A stretch of DNA of 64,000 nt from an uncultured Planctomycetaceae bacterium (lineage in GTDB: Bacteria; Planctomycetota; Planctomycetia; Isosphaerales; Isosphaeraceae): positions 2,912,001 to 2,976,000 of the forward strand of contig CAWIAD010000002.1 of the NCBI GenBank assembly GCA_963833985.1, given 5' to 3'. Both the position numbers and the translations under genes were made by a program. Below, in pieces: positions 59,005 through 64,000 of this stretch. Position 1 is the first letter of the stretch. Each line of letters opens with the position of its first letter. The notes under the pieces were generated by a model. That model was not told where the DNA came from. It did no database searches and was given only the letters and a program-made list of their open reading frames with translations.

Positions 59005-59109
59005 GAGCGTTCTCCTGGGAATCAGATGGCTTCATGGACAAAACGACCCGGGACTGAAGCGGTCAGCCCCGGGCAGGGATCGGGCGAGTGCAGGCGCTGC
59101 ACCTCGATT

Positions 59110-59748
59110 TCAAAGCTCGCTATGCCCCTGCACCGAACCGTCGCCGTCGTCGGGCTCGGCGGCGTTCTGGGCAGACTCCTGGACGTCGTCGTCGTGGTGC
59201 CGGGTGCCTCGCACCAGCGCGATGCGGCCGGTGCGAGCCAGCTCCACGATCTCATAGGAGCGCACCGCCTCGATAAACGCTTCGATCTTCTTTTCCTGGC
59301 CGGAGATCTCGATCATCAGCTCCTCGGGGCTGACGTCCACGATGCGGCCGCGGAAGATCTGCACCAGCGACTGGATCTCCGGGCGCCGCTCCGCCGGGAC
59401 TCGAAGCTTGATGAGCATCAGGTCGCGCTCGACGTAATCCTCGCGCGAGATATCCTGGACCTGGACCACCGGGACCAGCTTCTCGAGCTGCTTGCGCACC
59501 TGCTCAAGATGGCGGTCGTCGCCCTTCACCACCACGGTGATGCGCGAGAGCTTCGGCGCCTCGGTCTCACCGACCGCGAGGCTGTCGATGTTGAAACCGC
59601 GGGAAGCGAACATGCCGGAAACCTGGGCCAGCACGCCGGGCTGGTTTTGCACCAGCGCGGAGAGGACATGTCGAATCCGCCCGGTGCGCGACGATCCGGG
59701 AGCGGTCACCGTGGTGGAACCTGAAAGCGGACCTGCTGGAGTGGACAT
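59110..59748 (-). CDS. ilvN: Acetolactate synthase small (regulatory) subunit
   Basis: HVLSALVQNQPGVLAQVSGMFASRGFNIDSLAVG; EQVRKQLEKL; ERDLMLIK; ELARTG. Confidence 0.95.
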   Translation of the reverse strand: MSTPAGPLSGSTTVTAPGSSRTGRIRHVLSALVQNQPGVLAQVSGMFASRGFNIDSLAVGETEAPKLSRITVVVKGDDRHLEQVRKQLEKLVPVVQVQDISREDYVERDLMLIKLRVPAERRPEIQSLVQIFRGRIVDVSPEELMIEISGQEKKIEAFIEAVRSYEIVELARTGRIALVRGTRHHDDDVQESAQNAAEPDDGDGSVQGHSEL

Positions 59749-59899
59749 CAACGCGCCCTCGACCGGGTGGCCCGCATCGGCGCGCTCCCGAAATCTGGCC
59801 AACTTGAACCGACAACGAATCTGACTGTACGATCTTTCGCGAATTCGGGGCAAGAGCCTGGCGGGCGCAGGGGCCGCCCGCCGGCTGCGTGAGCGAGTC

Positions 59900-61468
59900 T
59901 CACGGCTGGACCGGAGGCAGGGTGGTGGGCAGCGAGGGACCGCCGCCCGGGAACGAGCCGCCGCCGGGGAACGAGGGCAGGGCTCCTCCCGCGGGATTCG
60001 GCGCGGCGGGCCGCTTCGGCCGCACCAGGGCCGGCCGGTCCAGGTCGATCGACCGGAAGCTGTCTCCCGGAGTCACGTAGTACCAGGCGGCAAACCGGTT
60101 CGCCAGCTCGTCGACGCGCTTCTTGCCGTCGGCGATTTTCTGATCGTATTCCTTCTGCTCGCGCTCCGCCTTCTCCTTGGCTTCCTTCTGATCGGCAATG
60201 TACTTCGGATCCTTCGGGTCCGGCCCGAACGGGTTGGCCGGCACCTCCAGCGGCTGACCGGGCTTTGCCGCCGCCGTCTTGTCCGCGTCCCTGGGATCGT
60301 CGTTCTTGGGCCTGGAAATCAAGGTGGGATCGAAGGTGACGGTGACCATGAGGAAGCGGTTTTCCGTCGTTCCCTCGGCTTTCTTGGCCTTGTCCTGGTC
60401 GCCGGCCTTCTTGTCGGCCTCGTCGGCCGTGCCCGCGGTGAGCTGCTCGCCGGTGCCGAAGAAGACCTCGCCAAAGCGCAGGGTGTAGACCACGCCCTCG
60501 TCGGTATAGACCCGGACGTCGCCCTGGTTGGACAGCACCCGGCCGTCCTTGATCATGTAGAAGCCCTTGTTTTGCAGGGAGGTCACCGTGGCCAGGGCCT
60601 GGATTCCCTTGGTCTCGGTAAGCTTGAGATCGCGGGTCAGTCCTTGCGGCTTGGTACGCACGCCGACGATCTTGAGGTCGGCCAGGGCGTCGGTGAGCGT
60701 GCGCAGCTTATCGCTGTCAAGCTCCTGATCGGCGGACAAGCCCTCCATCGTCCAGGGAGCGGCCGAGTCCTTGCGCTCGATGTCGAGCACCTCACCGGGC
60801 CGGTAGCCTTCCTCCGGGCTGGCCTTGTAATTGTCGAACTCGATCTTGCGGATGTGAGTCGCCTCGAGTTTCAGCAAGTTCGTCTCGATCCAGTCGGCGA
60901 AGCGGGTCGACGGTTCGGCCTTGAGCTTCACGCCGTAGGTACGTTTCTCGCCCGGAACCCGCACGTACTTCTGGCCCGTCTTGTCCTTGATGTCGTTGCC
61001 GATGATGTAGTCGGCCAGCACCGCGCCGGCCGAGTCGCGCAGGGTGATACGCTTGCCGCGGCCCTTGAGCGTGGTCGTCTTGGCGTCGAGCGGGTCGATG
61101 ACCCCCATCTCTTCCTGGTCCTGGACGCGGTCCGAGCGGATCGTGTCCTTGGTCAGGTCCGTCACGGCGGCCGCCGTCTTGGAGAGCCGGTCGCGGGCGT
61201 CCGCGGGATAGTTATGGTGGGAGGGGATCACCCACTTGCCATTCTCGAACTTCACCTGGAACCGCGAGGCCGTGGCCGTCGAGGCGTCAAAGTCGACGAC
61301 CTCCAGGTCCGTGCACGCGAGCGGCTCCTTGAATTCGGGGAAGAAGGGCTGCCCCTGATCGTTGAAGGACGCGTCATTGATGCTGCGGTCCCGGGTGGTC
61401 ACGAACGCCGCGCCACAGAGGGCCAGGGCGACAACGCTGAAGATCAACGTCTTGGTGAGTTCGCGCAT
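59900..61468 (-). CDS. DUF4340 domain protein
   Basis: N-terminal TM anchor; WVIPSHHNYPAD; IIG..YVR; FADWIETNLL; follows the GldG-like gene. Confidence 0.8.
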   Translation of the reverse strand: MRELTKTLIFSVVALALCGAAFVTTRDRSINDASFNDQGQPFFPEFKEPLACTDLEVVDFDASTATASRFQVKFENGKWVIPSHHNYPADARDRLSKTAAAVTDLTKDTIRSDRVQDQEEMGVIDPLDAKTTTLKGRGKRITLRDSAGAVLADYIIGNDIKDKTGQKYVRVPGEKRTYGVKLKAEPSTRFADWIETNLLKLEATHIRKIEFDNYKASPEEGYRPGEVLDIERKDSAAPWTMEGLSADQELDSDKLRTLTDALADLKIVGVRTKPQGLTRDLKLTETKGIQALATVTSLQNKGFYMIKDGRVLSNQGDVRVYTDEGVVYTLRFGEVFFGTGEQLTAGTADEADKKAGDQDKAKKAEGTTENRFLMVTVTFDPTLISRPKNDDPRDADKTAAAKPGQPLEVPANPFGPDPKDPKYIADQKEAKEKAEREQKEYDQKIADGKKRVDELANRFAAWYYVTPGDSFRSIDLDRPALVRPKRPAAPNPAGGALPSFPGGGSFPGGGPSLPTTLPPVQP

Positions 61469-61570
61469 GTCTCATCCTCAAGTTCCAACCGCCCGCAACC
61501 GCGGGGCCGGTATGATCGTTGGCTACTCTCAGGTCGATCTGCCGGGGCCACGAATCTTTGACATGTCCGT

Positions 61571-64000
61571 TCACGCCAGCCGCCGGGGATTGGCGCCCAG
61601 GTTCTCGCGGCGGAGCCGGGTGCCAAAGACGAGCAGGCCGAGAATCAGCGAGGGCAGGGGCGGAATGAGGGCCGCCATGTACCGCACACGGTTCTCGATG
61701 GACCGGGTCTTCTCTTCCGAGACCGCCTTGGCATCGCGAATCTTGATCTGCTTCTCATCCTCGATCTTCGCCTTCTCGACCTCGAGCCGGCGCTGGGCAA
61801 CATCCTGGAGGTTGGCGAGCATGATCTCCTTGGTACGCTCGTCGAGGTCGGTCCGGCTCTTCACCTGGTCGACCTGCTTGTCAAACGCCTTCTGGGCCTG
61901 GTCGAGCTTGTCCTTGGCGGCGTCCTCGGCGGACTTGGTCTGGCGCTGTAGCTCCTCGTTGAAGTTCTTGGTCTGAGCCTCGAGCGTCAGCAGCGTGCGA
62001 TGCTGGGTGCGCTTCTTCCGCAGGGTCACGAACGATTCGTCGCCCGCGAGTACGTCCACGCAGTTCAGCACGAATGTGACGTTGTCGAAATCCAGGTTGC
62101 CAATCTTCTGCCTGCGGAGCTCGAAGAACTGCTCGGAGATGAGGTCCAGATCGGCGATGGCGATGACCTTGATGGTCGCCGGCTTGTCGTCCTTCCTGGG
62201 CTCATCTTTCTTGGCCTGGTCCTTTTTGGCGTCATCCTTGGCGGCGTCCTTGTCCTTGTCTTTGTCGACAGCGGCAGTTCCCGAGAGTCGGGCGGCCAGC
62301 GTGTAGCTGGTGTCGGTGGGAATGTGGCGGCGGCGCGGGTTGATCCCGGACATGCCGAGGAAGCTCTGCTGCACCGCGTCGGACCAGGAAACCGTGCCGC
62401 CGGCGTCGTTGGTGCGAAGCAGGGGGACGAACTCCGGCCCCGACCCGCCGCTCCTGGGACGCAACATGCCCGGGAAGAGCATGACCATTTCCTGCAAGCC
62501 GGAGGAGGCGATCTGCTCGGGATTGAAGGCTCCCTCGGCGCCGCTTCCCTTGCCGACGAAGACGACCTCTGGCTCCAGCATCGCGAGCTGGGGATGGGGG
62601 TTGTAGGGGTTCCAGACGATCTCGGTGGTGGGCCAGTCCAGCCCGATCAGCTCCAGCAAGGGCCGCAGGTTCCCCTTGGGCTCCGGCTGTGCACCGCCGC
62701 CGAACGGTCCTCCGGGGGGCATCTTGGGCATCTCGGGCGCCGTCTGCTGGATCTGCGGATCGACGGGCAGCGGGTCGAGAAACAGCAGCGCCGGTCCGCC
62801 CTTCTTGATGTAGGCGGTCAGGTTGTCGATCTGCGGCTGGGTGAGCGAGGAGGGCTGGGCGACGATGAGGGCGTCAAGCTCGGCGGTGATCGGCGTATCG
62901 GCCGAGACCGAGCTCACCTCGTACTGCTTCTTGAGCTCGGTGACGACCGACCACTCTGGCGTCTGGTTGAAGCTGCGGGCGTCGAAGCCGCCCATCATCT
63001 TGGCGTCGGTGCTGAGGATCCCCACCTTCTTCCGCGCGGCCCGGGACACGACGCGGATTGACCGCGTGAGCTCGTACTCCACCGGCAGGCCGCGATCGAA
63101 GAACGGGATGACCACCTCCTCGAGGCCCGATGTGAAGGCCACCCCGAGGAAGATTTCTGAAACCGTCCGCTTGGCCAGGTCGTCCGACGCCACCCGCTTC
63201 GGCTCGATGGCGAATCGCTTCTCGGCGTCGCGGGCCGCCTCGGAGTAGAGCTCGGTGGGCACCAGGTTGAGCCGGATCTTGCCCCGGCTGCGGGCCGCGT
63301 ACTCGCGCAGCATCGCCAGCAGGTCGGTCTTCGTCTCGATGTACTCTCGCGGCACGTCCGGACTGTAATACGCCTGGATCAGGACCGGCCGGTCCTCGGG
63401 GATCTGCTGGATCAGCTCCAGCGACTCTGGCGAGGGAGTATGCACCTGTTCGCTGCTGAGGTCGCGCCGTGCGCCCAGCCGCTCGATCATCACGCTTACG
63501 CTGAAGAGGGCCACCAGCACCGCCACGAAGCGGACGGCGGAATGGACCCAGAGCCCCCGGCTGGCCTCGCCGCCGGCCCAGTGCCGCCGGCCCAGCAGCA
63601 TCATGTTCAGGTAAAGCAGGGCGGCGGCCAGCGACACGAAGTAGAAGATCCCCGAGAGCGAGACGACGCCGGTGCCGAAATCGCGGAACTGCGCGGGCAC
63701 CGACCAGCTTTCCAGATGCCGGCGCAGGGCGCTGCTGCCGGGCGACCCAAGCGACTCGAGGCCGACCGGCACGGCGCAGAAGAGCACGCCCAGCAGGAAC
63801 GACACGGTCACGTTCGACGACAGCAGCGACGCGACCAGGGCCACGGCAATGAGCATCACGCCCATCAGCCAGTAGCCCAGGTAGGTGGAGAACATCACTC
63901 CCCAGTCAGGCCCGCCCAGGTAGTTCAGCACCAGCAGGTGGCTGAGCGAGAACGCCAGCGCCACGGTGTAGATTCCCAGGGTGGCCAGGTACTTGCCCAG
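61571..64000 (-). CDS. ABC-2 type permease fused to a GldG/ABC_transp_aux domain (5' end lies outside the window)
   Basis: The frame is open to the window edge (LGKYLATLGIY..); GldF-like TM block; RRDLS; EYELTRSI; YIKKGG.ALLFLDP; N..FVLNCVD.L; coiled coil; C-terminal TM helix. Confidence 0.85.
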   Translation of the reverse strand: MGKYLATLGIYTVALAFSLSHLLVLNYLGGPDWGVMFSTYLGYWLMGVMLIAVALVASLLSSNVTVSFLLGVLFCAVPVGLESLGSPGSSALRRHLESWSVPAQFRDFGTGVVSLSGIFYFVSLAAALLYLNMMLLGRRHWAGGEASRGLWVHSAVRFVAVLVALFSVSVMIERLGARRDLSSEQVHTPSPESLELIQQIPEDRPVLIQAYYSPDVPREYIETKTDLLAMLREYAARSRGKIRLNLVPTELYSEAARDAEKRFAIEPKRVASDDLAKRTVSEIFLGVAFTSGLEEVVIPFFDRGLPVEYELTRSIRVVSRAARKKVGILSTDAKMMGGFDARSFNQTPEWSVVTELKKQYEVSSVSADTPITAELDALIVAQPSSLTQPQIDNLTAYIKKGGPALLFLDPLPVDPQIQQTAPEMPKMPPGGPFGGGAQPEPKGNLRPLLELIGLDWPTTEIVWNPYNPHPQLAMLEPEVVFVGKGSGAEGAFNPEQIASSGLQEMVMLFPGMLRPRSGGSGPEFVPLLRTNDAGGTVSWSDAVQQSFLGMSGINPRRRHIPTDTSYTLAARLSGTAAVDKDKDKDAAKDDAKKDQAKKDEPRKDDKPATIKVIAIADLDLISEQFFELRRQKIGNLDFDNVTFVLNCVDVLAGDESFVTLRKKRTQHRTLLTLEAQTKNFNEELQRQTKSAEDAAKDKLDQAQKAFDKQVDQVKSRTDLDERTKEIMLANLQDVAQRRLEVEKAKIEDEKQIKIRDAKAVSEEKTRSIENRVRYMAALIPPLPSLILGLLVFGTRLRRENLGANPRRLA

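Overview
This is a high-GC, gene-dense chromosomal window. It most likely comes from a planctomycete, possibly Isosphaeraceae-like; this is inferred from the DUF1559 prepilin-like gene, an ECF sigma factor with a C-terminal extension, Tat-exported Gfo/Idh and TIM-barrel proteins, and a GldG/DUF4340 pair. Housekeeping content includes trpS, gatCAB, pepA, asnB, ilvN-ilvC and System II cytochrome c maturation genes (ResB-like and CcsA), plus a CzcBA/TolC heavy-metal efflux set. The notable items are: (1) an ECF sigma factor fused through one membrane helix to a C-terminal cytochrome c'-like CXXCH domain, directly upstream of the cytochrome c maturation genes, which could be a heme-attachment feedback sensor; (2) a non-coding 360-bp tandem array built from 7 copies of a three-hairpin element with compensatory base changes, interrupted by a complete 1,740-bp ISKra4-like IS with a 9-bp target duplication; (3) a HEPN gene plus partner gene inserted between gatA and gatB; (4) an internally deleted Rpn-like gene that keeps a separately translatable C-terminal ORF; (5) MITE-like elements with and without an internal REP hairpin; (6) a YtrA/GntR operon with a clear operator but no ABC transporter. 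Five host genes carry single 1-2 nt frameshifts, all in GCGC contexts, which are probably sequencing artefacts. All family calls come from motif recognition by eye; no database searches were run.
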